Positions 55,181-64,000 of a stretch of DNA of 64,000 nt are shown piece by piece. The stretch is taken from the NCBI GenBank assembly GCA_963802475.1, contig CAWDIZ010000013.1:3607-67606 (forward strand), in the 5' to 3' direction. This stretch comes from an uncultured Alphaproteobacteria bacterium (GTDB taxonomy: Bacteria; Pseudomonadota; Alphaproteobacteria; Rhizobiales; Xanthobacteraceae). Each line of letters opens with the position of its first letter. Within the stretch, counting starts at the first letter, position 1. A program made the translations under genes and the position numbers. The notes under the pieces were generated by a model that was not told the DNA's origin, made no database searches, and worked only from the letters and a program-made list of their open reading frames with translations.

Positions 55181-55955
55181 TGGACATTGCGACATCCCTC
55201 ATGCTGCTCGCCGCCGGCGTCGCCGGAGGAGCGCTATCGGCACTGGTGGGCGGCGCATCGCTGATACTGTTTCCCGCAATGCTGGCCGCCGGCATTCCGC
55301 CCGTCATGGCGGTCGCCTCGCAATACCGCAGCGATCACCCCCGGCAATTTCCTCGCCGCGCTGGCCGACCGCTCGCAGCTGCCGAAATTCGACCGCGGCT
55401 TCCTCGTGCTGCTCGCCGTATCCCTGGTTGCCGCCAGCGCCGGCGCCATTCTGTTGATGCTTACGCCGGAACGCATGTTCGAGCTGCTGGTGCCGCTCTT
55501 GCTCGGCTTCGGCACGCTGTTGTTTGCTTATGCCAATTCGATCGGCGCCTGGCTCGGCCGGCTTTCCTTCGGCAAGAGCAAGAGCACACTGCATCCCAAT
55601 GCCGTCGGGATCGGAATGATGGTGCCGGTCTCGATCTACGGTGGCTATTTCGGCGCCGGCGTCGGCGTCCTGCTGATCGCTGCGCTCGTCGGTCGCCAGC
55701 GGGGGCGGTTATCGCGCGGCGAATGTGACCAAAAATTTTGTCGGCAGCCTCAACAACGTGGCGGCGGCTCTTATCTTCGCCAGCCAAGGCATGATCGCCT
55801 GGATACCGACGCTGCTGGTGGCAGCGGGCGCCATCGGCGGCGGGCTCGCCGGTGCGCATGTGGCGCGCATCCTGCCGTTGGCGGCGGCGCGCGGGCTGGT
55901 CATTTGCTTCGGCGCACTGCTGACCGGGATCTATGCCTGGCGCTATTGGATTTAG
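55180..55955 (+). pseudogene. TauE/SafE (DUF81) family anion exporter; two +1 frame breaks as read
   Basis: [47 protein letters not shown] is in the ORF 54994..55728 frame, from an ATGA overlap with the gcdH stop. The sequence continues in 55406..55978 (LLAVSLVAASAGAILLM..VSIYGGYFGAGVGVLLIAAL) and 55725..55955 (NFVGSLNNVAAALIFA..GAIGGGLAGAHVARILP). Confidence 0.8.
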
Positions 55956-56009
55956 GCCACGGTTTCGGCAGTTCTTGATTTCTGACGCCCGCATGGCATG
56001 GTCGCTTTC

Positions 56010-56490
56010 ATGCAAATGCGAGTCATCCAGCCGCCCATCGACGGCCGGCAATCCGAAACCGCGCTTGCGATCGCGCGCGGCACCGGCCGGCTGCTATTGT
56101 CCCTCGGCTTCTGCTGCGTGAGCGAACTGGCGCTGCCGTCGGGCCGCCGCGCCGACATCGTCGGCGGTCGATGACGCGGGCGAAATCTGGATCGTGGAAA
56201 TCAAATCCTCGGTGGCGGATTTCCGCGCCGACCAGAAATGGATGGACTACCGGCTGCATTGCGACCGGCTGTTTTTCGCCACCACGCTCGAGGTACCGTG
56301 CGAGATCTTTCCGCCCGATACCGGGCTGATCGTGGCGGATGCCTTCGGCGCAGAGATGAAATGCGAGGCGCCCGAGCACCGCTTGCCCGCGGCGACGCGC
56401 AAGTGCATGCTGCTGCGCTTCGGACAAACCGCCGCGCTGCGGCTGCAGGCGCTGAGCGACCCGACCGGACCGTATGAAGTTGACCGCTGA
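56010..56490 (+). pseudogene. mmcB: MmcB-family (PD-(D/E)XK-like) DNA repair protein; one +1 frame break near 56165 as read
   Basis: MQMRVIQPPIDGRQSETALAIARGTGRLLLSLGFCCVSELALPSGRRADIV is followed by ORF 56194..56490 (EIKSSVADFRADQKWMDYRLHCDRLFFATTLEVP). Confidence 0.7.
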
Positions 56491-56505
56491 CCGAAAGGCT
56501 TCGCA

Positions 56506-57249
56506 ATGAAAACGGATTTGGCCATGCCTGGAATTGCCGTGCGCACCGCCGCTGCTTTTTTCTGTATTGCGATGCTGGCGGGAGCAGCCGCGCATGCGCA
56601 GGACTACACCGCCATCGTCGCCTCGCCTGACCGCAGCGACGCCGACCGCAACAACGACAAGAAGCGCAAACCCGAGCAGATGCTGGCCTTCACCGGCGTG
56701 AAAACCGGCATGAAGGTGATGGACCTCGTGTCGAGCGCCGGTTACAGCGCCGAGCTTTTGGCGCGCTCGGTCGGACCGAACGGCACTGTCTATGCTGTGA
56801 ATTCGCAGGAAACGGCGGAGCGGGTGAAGGATCGGTTCGAGCCGCGGATCGGCAAGATGAAAAGTCTCGTTCCTGTCGTGCGCGAATACGCCGATCCGGT
56901 GCCGCCGGAAGTGAGCAACCTCGATATCGTGACGATCTATTTTTCCTACCACGACCTCGTCCATATGGGCGTCGACCGCGCCGCGATGAACAAGAAGGTT
57001 TTCGCGGCGCTGAAGCCCGGCGGCTTTTTCGTCGTCGCCGATCACTCGGCCAAGGCCGGCGATGGGCTAAACGTGACGAAGACGCTGCACCGCATCGAGG
57101 AAAGCGCCTTGCGGCAGGAAGTGGAGGCCGCCGGCTTCAAGCTCGTCGCTGAAGGCGATTTCCTCCGCAACCCGGAAGACAAGCGCGACACCAACGTCAA
57201 CCAGTCGCAAGTGCCGAACGACGAGTTCGTGCTGAAATTCCAGAAGTGA
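56506..57249 (+). CDS. periplasmic class I SAM-dependent methyltransferase-like protein
   Basis: 247-aa ORF with signal peptide (FFCIAMLAGAAAHA), VMDLVSSAGYSAELLA and LKPGGFFVVADH. Confidence 0.7.
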   Translation: MKTDLAMPGIAVRTAAAFFCIAMLAGAAAHAQDYTAIVASPDRSDADRNNDKKRKPEQMLAFTGVKTGMKVMDLVSSAGYSAELLARSVGPNGTVYAVNSQETAERVKDRFEPRIGKMKSLVPVVREYADPVPPEVSNLDIVTIYFSYHDLVHMGVDRAAMNKKVFAALKPGGFFVVADHSAKAGDGLNVTKTLHRIEESALRQEVEAAGFKLVAEGDFLRNPEDKRDTNVNQSQVPNDEFVLKFQK

Positions 57250-57250
57250 C

Positions 57251-57353
57251 ACGCTGAGCGTGTCATCCCGGGCTTCCGAAGGAAGACCCGGGATCCCGCT
57301 CTCTATAAAAAGGCGGGTCCCGGATCGGCTCGCGTGCTCGCCGTCCGGGATGA
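57251..57353. repeat. composite REP-like palindromic element between convergent genes
   Basis: ACGCTgAGCGT, then GTCATCCCGGGCTTCC-ga-AGGAAGACCCGGGAT, then TCCCGGA..TCCGGGATGAC. The outer arms GTCATCCCGG / CCGGGATGAC pair over about 90 bp. Confidence 0.65.
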
Positions 57354-57359
57354 CGGCAG

Positions 57360-57914
57360 TTACCGCGGTGCGCGCTTGGCCAGAATGCGCTGCAGCGTGC
57401 GGCGGTGCATGTTGAGCCGGCGCGCCGTTTCCGAGACATTGCGGCCGCACAGCTCATAGATGCGCTGGATATGCTCCCAGCGCACACGGTCGGCCGACAT
57501 CGGATTGGACGGCGGCTCGATCTTGCGGTCTTCACGCGACAACAGGGCGCTGACCACGTCGTCGGCATCCACCGGCTTGGCGAGATAGTCCACCGCGCCG
57601 AGCTTCACCGCATTCACCGCCGTGGCGATATTGCCGTAGCCGGTGAGGATGATGGCGCGCGCGTCGGGCCGGCTGCGCTTGAGCGCGGAGATCACGTCGA
57701 GACCGTTGCCGTCGCCAAGCCGCATGTCCACCACCGCGAAGGCCGGGGCCGCATGCTCGACCTGCTGCAAACCGTCCGCTACGGACTCCGCCGTGGTTAC
57801 GGCAAAGCCGCGGGCCTGCATCGCACTGGCAAGCCGCTGCAGAAACGGCTTGTCGTCTTCGACGATCAGCAGCGTTTTTTCGGGAGAAGCAGCATTGGCT
57901 GGCTGAACACTCAT
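57360..57914 (-). CDS. regA: redox-responsive response regulator of the RegA/PrrA/ActR (RegR) family
   Basis: Intact 184-aa ORF with a receiver domain (LLIVEDDKPFLQRL..FAVVDMRLGDGNGLDV) and the near-invariant C-terminal HTH WEHIQRIYELCGRNVSETARRLNMHRRTLQRILAKRAPR. Confidence 0.9.
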   Translation of the reverse strand: MSVQPANAASPEKTLLIVEDDKPFLQRLASAMQARGFAVTTAESVADGLQQVEHAAPAFAVVDMRLGDGNGLDVISALKRSRPDARAIILTGYGNIATAVNAVKLGAVDYLAKPVDADDVVSALLSREDRKIEPPSNPMSADRVRWEHIQRIYELCGRNVSETARRLNMHRRTLQRILAKRAPR

Positions 57915-59318
57915 GGCGTATCCGCTTTTGCTTGGGTTTTTGATTCCTCCGGAATTTCCGAAGGCTGCTCTCCCCGATCATACCAAAGAAATGGTTCGGG
58001 TCGCTCCAAATCTTGGGCCTGATATTCGAAATCGCTACGCGCCCAGCGCATCCTGACCTCGGCGCCGACGTCTCGGGAGCGATGATTGCTAAAATTTAAT
58101 GTTGCGCCGGAGCGCTCCAGCAAGGTCTTGGCGATGAAGAAACCGAGGCCGAGGCCGGTTTCCTCGCTGTCTTCCGTAAAGCGGTGGCGGCGGGTGGTGA
58201 CATAGGGCTCGCCCAGGCGATCCATGACCTCCGGCGCGAATCCCGGGCCGTCGTCCCGGATGGTGATGACGACTTCCTCCTCGTCCCAGCCGGCGGTGAC
58301 CTTCACGTCTGCTGCGGGCGAAATCGACGGCATTCTCCACCAGATTGCCAAGGCCATAGACGACGGCCGGATTGCGCGTGCCGGTCGGTTCCAGCGCGCG
58401 GTCGGACGGCAGCGCGACATTGATGGCGATGCCGAAGTCGCGGTGCGGCGCGACCACTTCTTCGAGCAGGGCCGACAGTTTCATGCCGCCGAAGGGCTCC
58501 CCGCTCGCGGGCAGCTCGGTGATTTTCGCCAGAATTTCCCGGCAGCGCTGCGCCTGCTCGCGCAGCAGCCGCACATCGTCGCCGTGGTGCGAATTCTCGG
58601 AGATCGACGCTCCAGCTCCTTGGCGATGACGGTGATGGTCGCTAAAGGCGTGCCGAGTTCATGCGCGGCGGCGGCGGCGAGGCCGTCGAGTTGCGACAAA
58701 TGCTGCTCGCGCGCGAGCACGAGCTCGGTGGCGGCGAGCGCATTGGCGAGAAGCCGCGCCTCCTCGGTGATCTGCCAGGCATAGACGCCGATGAATCCCA
58801 TCGAGATCAGGATCGAGAGCCACACGCCCAGCATGTAGATCGCCGGCAATTCAAGCGGATCATCCGGGATCCCAAGGCAAGCGGATAATGCACGAAGAAG
58901 AGTACGCTGGCGCAAAACACCGCGAAGGTGCCGAGCATCAGCGTCATGCGCGGCGGCAGCGCGGTGGCGGAGATCAGTACCGGGCCAAGAAACAGGAAGG
59001 CGAAAGGATTTTGCAGCCCGCCGGTGAGGAACAACAGCACCGCGAGTTGCGCGATATCGAAGGCGAGCAGCCAGGCCGCGCGGTCGGCCTCCAGCCGCTG
59101 CGTCAGGCGAAAGCCACGCGCATCGCGAGATTGAGGCAGGCCGACAAGGCGACCACCGCAAGACAGGCATAGACCGGCAGCCGGAAGCCAAGGCCGTAAT
59201 GCACCACGAGAATGGCGGCGGTCTGGCCGACCACACTCAGCCAGCGCAGACGCATCAGCGTGTCGAGCCGCACGTTGCGATGCAGATGCCGCGGCTGGTC
59301 GAGCAGAAGTCCTTCCAT
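57911..59318 (-). pseudogene. regB: sensor histidine kinase of the RegB/PrrB/ActS (RegS) family; at least four frame breaks as read
   Basis: Pieces: 59103..59318 (MEGLLLDQPRHLHRNVRLDTLMRLRWLSVVGQ); 58807..59040 (LFLTGGLQNPFAFLFLGPVLISA); 58481..59236 (H-box LAAAAAHELGTPLATITVIAKEL); 58089..58574 (VRLLREQAQRCREIL); 57911..58420 (ITIRDDGPGFAPEVMDRLGEPYVT..GLGLGFFIAKTLLE). There is an ATGA overlap with regA. Confidence 0.88.
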
Positions 59319-59374
59319 GGGCGGTTCCGTTCCTTATGCGTCCCGCAGCGAAAGCCCGGGCTGCTGCGATCTTA

Positions 59375-59487
59375 GCGCGCGATCAGCAAAAGTGGGTACC
59401 GGTTTTGCGTCCGAGCGCGCGCAACTTATTAGATTTCGCGCATGATCTTGTCGGCGAACCGGTTCCCACTTCGCCAGATCATGCGCA
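59375..59487. repeat. composite double-hairpin intergenic repeat, copy 3 of 3
   Basis: GCGCGCGATCAGCAAAAGTGGGTACCGGTTTTGCGTCCGAGCGCGC..GCGCATGATCTTGTCGGCGAACCGGTTCCCACTTCGCCAGATCATGCGC, in the divergent regB/ABC-transporter promoter region. Confidence 0.85.
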
Positions 59488-59532
59488 CAAGAAAGACTTG
59501 CGAAAGGCCTGCCGCAACGTCACATCTGCGAC

Positions 59533-60290
59533 ATGTCGCCCCGTGCCGCCGTCAGTGCCGACCACCTGGTCAAAGTCTTCAAAGGCACCACCGCCGTGGC
59601 GGGCATTTCTTTTCAATTGCCGCCCGGTTCCATCACCGCGCTTCTCGGCGGCAACGGCGCCGGCAAGACCACCACCATCGCCATGATCATGGGGTTGACG
59701 GTGCCCACTTCGGGCACCGTTTCCGTCCTGGGCGCGCAGATGCCGCAACAGCGCTATCAGGTGCTGCATCGGATGAATTTTGAGAGCCCCTATGTCGACA
59801 TGCCGATGCGGCTGACCGTGCGGCAGAATCTGAAGGTGTTTGCCGGACTCTATGGCGTCGAGGACGCGGATGCGCGTATCGCAACGCTGGCGGAGGAATT
59901 CGATCTGAAGGACTTCATCGACCGTCCCACGGGCAAATTGTCGTCCGGACAGAAGACGCGCGTGTCGGTCGCCAAATCTTTGCTCAATCGTCCCGAGGTG
60001 TTGCTGCTCGACGAGCCGACCGCATCGCTCGATCCGGATACCGCGGATTGGGTGCGCGGGCGGCTTGAACGTTATCGCGCCGAGAGCGGCGCAACCGTTC
60101 TGCTTGCCTCCCACAACATGAGCGAGGTCGAGCGGCTGTGTGAGCGCGTCATCATGCTTGAAGCAGCGGCCGGATCGAAGACGACGACTCCCCCGAGCGG
60201 CTGCTCGCGCGCTATGGCCGCGATACGCTGGAGGAAGTCTTTCTCGACGTGGCGCGCGGGCGCCGCGAGGCGCGCGAGGCGGCGCAATGA
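59533..60290 (+). pseudogene. ABC transporter ATP-binding protein (ABC-2 exporter type); one -1 frame break near 60160 as read
   Basis: ORF 59533..60312 has Walker A GGNGAGKTT, signature LSSGQ and Walker B LLLDEP. After ERVIML the true tail (GRIEDDDSPERLLARYGRDTLEEVFLDVARGRREAREAAQ*) is in another frame and ends at 60290. Confidence 0.88.
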
Positions 60291-61108
60291 GCGCGCTCAC
60301 CAACGCAGGTGAGTTTTTCGCCGCACCGGGTCGGCGCCATGGTGCTGCGCTATTGGTATCTCCTGCGCTCCTCCTGGCCGACGGGTGGTCGAGCTGATCT
60401 ATTGGCCGATGGTGCAGGTGCTGACCTGGGGCCTGATCCAGATTTACGTCGCGCAGCACTCCGGATTTTTCGCGCGCGCCGGCGCCACGCTGATCGGCGC
60501 CATGCTGCTGTGGGAGATCCTGTTCCGCGGGCAGCTCGGATTCTCCGTCTCGTTTCTGGAAGAGATGTGGGCGCGCAACCTCGGCAACCTGATGATGAGC
60601 CCGCTGCGGCCGGCCGAATTCGTCGCGGCCCTGATGGTGATGAGCCTGCTGCGGCTGGTCATCGGCATGGTGCCGGTCTTCATCGTTGCCTTGGCCTTCT
60701 TCGGCTTCAACGTCTACCATCTCGGCTTTGCCTTCGTGTTCTTTTTCGTCAATCTCATCCTGACAAGCTGGTCGATCGGCATTCTGGTTTCCGGGCTGCT
60801 GCTGCGGCACGGGCATGGGCGCGGAAAGCCTGGCCTGGACGCTTGCCTTCCTGATCCTGCCGCTCTCCTGCGTCTATTACCCCGTGAGCGTATTGCCCGA
60901 ATGGCTGCAACCTTTTTCCTGGCTGCTGCCGCCCACTTACGTGTTTGAGGGCCTGCGGGCGCTGGTCATCGACCGCGTCTTCCGGGCGGATCTGATGCTG
61001 GGCGCGCTGGCGCTAAATTCTGTGTATTTCGCCGCTGCAGCTTTCGCTTTTCTGCGGCTTTTGGAGAGCGCGCGGCGGCAAGGAACCCTGATGCAGACTG
61101 GAGAATAA
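60287..61108 (+). pseudogene. ABC-2 type transporter permease; three +1 frame breaks as read
   Basis: ATG 60287 overlaps the ATPase stop. Pieces: 60309..60854 (HRVGAMVLRYWYLLRSSWP); 60385..60948 (ELIYWPMVQVLTWGL..EEMWARNLGNLMMSPLRPAEF); 60815..61108 (AESLAWTLAFLILPLSCVYYPVSVLPEWLQPFSWLLPPTYVFEGLR). Confidence 0.85.
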
Positions 61109-61175
61109 CCGCGTAAATCAACGTCTTTTCGACAAGGTAACGAAGGATGAGGCCGATCTAGGTCATATTGACGCG

Positions 61176-62580
61176 ATGAGCAAAACGCGCCACTCTGCTG
61201 CGTCGCAGCAAAACGGGTCTTCTTGCATGCCGATTGGTGAATTCGCCGGCGCCGCAGCGGCTCCGGAAGACGACGGCCTGATGCTCGCCTCGCCGATGTA
61301 CTGGTTCTATGAAATGAACCACGCGGCCCTCAATCCTGCCCGCGTTTTCGCCGAGACCACCCGGCTTTTTTACAGAAATCCGCTCAACCCGCTGTCCTCC
61401 ACCGACTTCGGAAAATCCGTCGCCGCCGCCGCCGAAGTATTCGAGCGCGCGACGCGGCGCTACGCCCAGCCGGAATGGGAAATCGACTCCACGCTGGTCG
61501 GCGGTGAGCGCGTTCCGGTTGAGATCGAGCCGATCTGGGAAATGCCATTCTGCCGGCTGCTGCATTTCAAGCGCATCTTCGCGCATCCGCTGAAACGCCC
61601 GCAGCCGAAACTGCTGATCGTCGCGCCGCTATCCGGCCATTATGCAACCTTGCTGCGCGGCACCGTGGAAGCTTTCCTGCCGCAGCATGACGTCTACATC
61701 ACCGAATGGGTGAATGCGCGGGAAGTGCCGCTATCGGCCGGCCGGTTCGATCTCGATGATTACATCGATTACGTGGTTGCCATGCTGCGCCGGCTCGGCG
61801 GCGATACGCATGTCATCGCCGTCTGCCAGCCATCGGTGCCGGTGCTCGCCGCCGTCGCGCTGATGGAAGCGCAGAATGATCCCGTCGTACCGCGTTCGAT
61901 GACCCTCATGGGCGGACCGATCGACTCCCGCTCGCAGCCCTACCAAGGTCAACAAACTGGCCGAAGCCCGCGGCGTCGACTGGTTCCGCCACCACGTCAT
62001 TACCAAGGTGCCTTTTCCCAACCCCGGCGTGATGCGCGACGTCTATCCCGGTTTCCTGCAACTGCACGGCTTCGTCAGCATGAATCTCGGGCGCCACATC
62101 GAGGCGCATAAGGATCTGTTCCAGCATCTGGTGGAAGGCGACGGCGATTCCGCGCAGAAGCACCGCGAATTCTACGACGAATATCTCGCGGTGATGGATC
62201 TCGCCGCAGAATATTATCTGCAGACCGTCGATACGGTATTTGTGCGTCACGCGCTGCCGAAGGGTGAGATGACGCATCGCGGCCAGCAGGTGGATCCTTC
62301 GCGCATCCGCCGCGTCGCGCTGATGACGGTGGAAGGCGAACACGACGACATTTCCGGCCTCGGCCAGACCGAAGCGGCGCATCGGCTGTGCAACAACATC
62401 CCGGCCGATCGCAAGACGCATTACCTCGCGCGCGGCGTCGGCCATTACGGCGTGTTCAACGGCTCGCGCTTCCGCGCCGACATCGCGCCGCGGATCGCTG
62501 ATTTCATCCTGTCGAATAACGGCGCTGCCCGCCGCGCAGGCGGGAGAAAAGCGCTAGCATGGTCCCGGCCGCGTAAATGA
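61176..62580 (+). pseudogene. phaZ: intracellular polyhydroxyalkanoate (PHB) depolymerase; one +1 frame break near 61925 as read
   Basis: ORF 61176..62111 (PMYWFYEMNHAALNPAR..LLIVAPLSGHYATLLRGTVEAFLP..VIAVCQPSVPVLAAVALM) continues in 62008..62580 (YPGFLQLHGFVSMNLGRHIEAH..EFYDEYLAVMDLAAEYYLQTV..MTVEGEHDDISG). Confidence 0.85.
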
Positions 62581-62962
62581 GTCTCTTCGACACAAGTCGG
62601 CGACGCGCTGATTCGCGGTCGCGGAGGTGTCCGGTTCCGGACCAAGGAGTGAAAAAGACCCGCCAATCGGCCCTTTCTCAGCGATCGCGGCGAGCGAAAC
62701 GCGCCGCGCGTCTTCTAATCAATTGATTTTACAAGGCTATTTCCCAAGTCTGGCGATCGAAAACCAGACCCGCGCCGCGCAAGCCGGCGGCAGGCAAAAA
62801 ATGATTCTCGATTCACCGTTCCGGTCTACAATATGTTGCGTCGGTATCGAGCTTTAACGCTGGGTCTTGGGGCCGCATTTTCGTGATCATGGATAGACTG
62901 TCGGCGGCTTTGGATATGGCAATATTTCGCCCTGAGCCTTTTTCTCCAGTCAGGCCATTTCC

Positions 62963-63746
62963 ATGCCCCTGCGCGCCCTTCTTTATCGTCGGCCGACCGA
63001 ACCGCAGGCGATCAGCATCGCTTTCGATCAATCCATCTATCTCGTGCGGTTGCGGCGGCACCGGCAGGCGCGCCGCTATACGCTTCGCATTCAGGCCGCC
63101 ACGCGCGAAGTGGTCCTGACCATGCCGCCGCGCGGCAGCCTGAAAGAGGCAAAGGAATTTGCGCAGAAGCACGGCGGCTGGATCGCCGCCCGGCTCGGCC
63201 GGCTTGCCCGAAGCCACGCCTTTCGCGCATGGCGTTGTCATTCCTCTGCGCGGCACGCCACACCGCATCGTGCACCGGCGTAACACCCGCGGAACGGTTT
63301 GGACGGAAACCGACGCGGACGGAGAACAGCTGCTCTGCGTTGCCGGCGACGCGCCGCATATCAATCGCCGGGTGACCAATTTCCTGAAACAGGAAGCGCG
63401 CCGCGACCTGAAAGCCGCGAGCCGGCATTACGCGCAACAGATCGGCGTCAGAATCAAGCGCATCACCGTGCGCGATCAATCAAGCCGCTGGGGCTCCTGC
63501 TCCACCGGCGGCGCCTTGTCCTATTCCTGGCGGCTGATCTTCGCCCCGCCCTATGTGCTGGACTATCTGGCGGCGCATGAAGTGGCGCATCTGCGCGAGA
63601 TGAACCACTCAATCCGCTTCTGGCGGCTTCTGGCGCGGCTGTCTCCGGCAATGAAGCGGGCAAAGGTCTGGCTCGACGTGCATGGCACCGATCTGCATCG
63701 TTACGGGATGCCGACAAACAGGACCAAGCCGGCCGCGTTTGATTGA
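62963..63746 (+). pseudogene. YgjP-like (DUF45/M48-type) metal-dependent hydrolase; one +1 frame break near 63200 as read
   Basis: ORF 62963..63283 (RRHRQARRYTLRIQAATREVVLTMPPRGSLKEAKEFAQKHGGWI) continues in 63159..63746 (RWGSCSTGGALSYSWRLIFAPPYVLDYLAAHEVAHLREMNHS), which carries the HExxH motif. Confidence 0.8.
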
Positions 63747-63758
63747 AGTCGCAGGCCG

Positions 63759-64000
63759 TCAGCGCCTGCCGAACAGTTTTTCTAGCAGCCAGTTGTCCAT
63801 TCCGCCGGCAGCCGAAGCCGGTACCGGCGTCTTTCCGCTCGGCGTCCACGAGCTGCGGGCGGCGCGGGACCTCGCCCGGCGGAAGCGCAACCGCGAGCGG
63901 AACACCACCGCTCAGTCCGGGAAGGCCCGCGACCGGCACATTCTGATGTGCGGTCTTCATCACCCGGCTCCAGATTTCCACCGGCAGGCCGCTGCCGCTG
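63759..64000 (-). pseudogene. C-terminal end of a class A penicillin-binding protein (PBP1A-like), partial at window edge; one frame break near the stop as read
   Basis: ORF 63463..63981 frame reads ..LPVEIWSRVMKTAHQNVPVAGLPGLSGG... The shifted frame gives GMDNWLLEKLFGRR* ending at 63759, a typical tail for these proteins in related genomes (from memory). Confidence 0.55.

Noticed and set aside
53723-55195. 490-aa minus-strand ORF
   Set aside because: It is antisense to the intact glutaryl-CoA dehydrogenase gene and runs across the tRNA-Arg gene. It has no protein-like motifs.

Overview
This is a GC-rich (roughly 60-65% by eye, not computed) alphaproteobacterial chromosome segment. Gene order and the intergenic repeat types look like Nitrobacteraceae/Bradyrhizobiaceae; that is inference, since no search was possible. 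Most of it is core housekeeping DNA: pnp-rpsO-truB-rbfA-infB-ylxR-nusA-rimP, trmB, metK, lnt-corC-ybeY-phoH-miaB, fur, rimI-tsaB, an Nfu-type Fe-S protein, a universal stress protein, trpS, murJ and adenosine kinase. Next comes the replication block gyrB-recF-dnaN-dnaA with rpsT and maeB. A more accessory stretch follows at about 39-53.7 kb: a Wza-like exporter, a cNMP-binding membrane protein, a CHASE2 adenylate cyclase, an MBL hydrolase, an OsmC/flavin-monooxygenase/hydrolase cassette, a TctC-like binding protein, a beta-propeller, methyltransferases, LtrA and ICMT. The window ends with tRNA-Arg(CCG), gcdH, TauE, mmcB, regB-regA, an ABC-2 exporter, phaZ, a YgjP-like metallopeptidase and the 3' end of a PBP1A gene. 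I saw no rRNA, CRISPR array, transposase, integrase, phage gene or recognisable defence gene. The dominant property of the window is about 55 single-base frame breaks in 29 of roughly 65 genes, including dnaA, dnaN, gyrB, recF, metK and rpsT. Protein sequence continues across every break, and most breaks are +1 insertions, so I read them as uncorrected consensus errors rather than gene decay. Affected genes are typed 'pseudogene' only in the structural sense. I did not find a convincing new multi-gene system. The most interesting unexplained signals are noncoding: (1) a ~95-nt element present twice in the same orientation upstream of two unrelated genes; (2) a tandem pair of TACAGGCTGTA palindromes with a small ORF between recF and gyrB; (3) a three-copy composite hairpin repeat; (4) a terminator-like hairpin in the rimP leader; (5) a canonical EcfG-type promoter in front of a small membrane protein. 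Coordinates are anchored on the ORF track. Positions counted by hand from the printed sequence may be off by a base or two.
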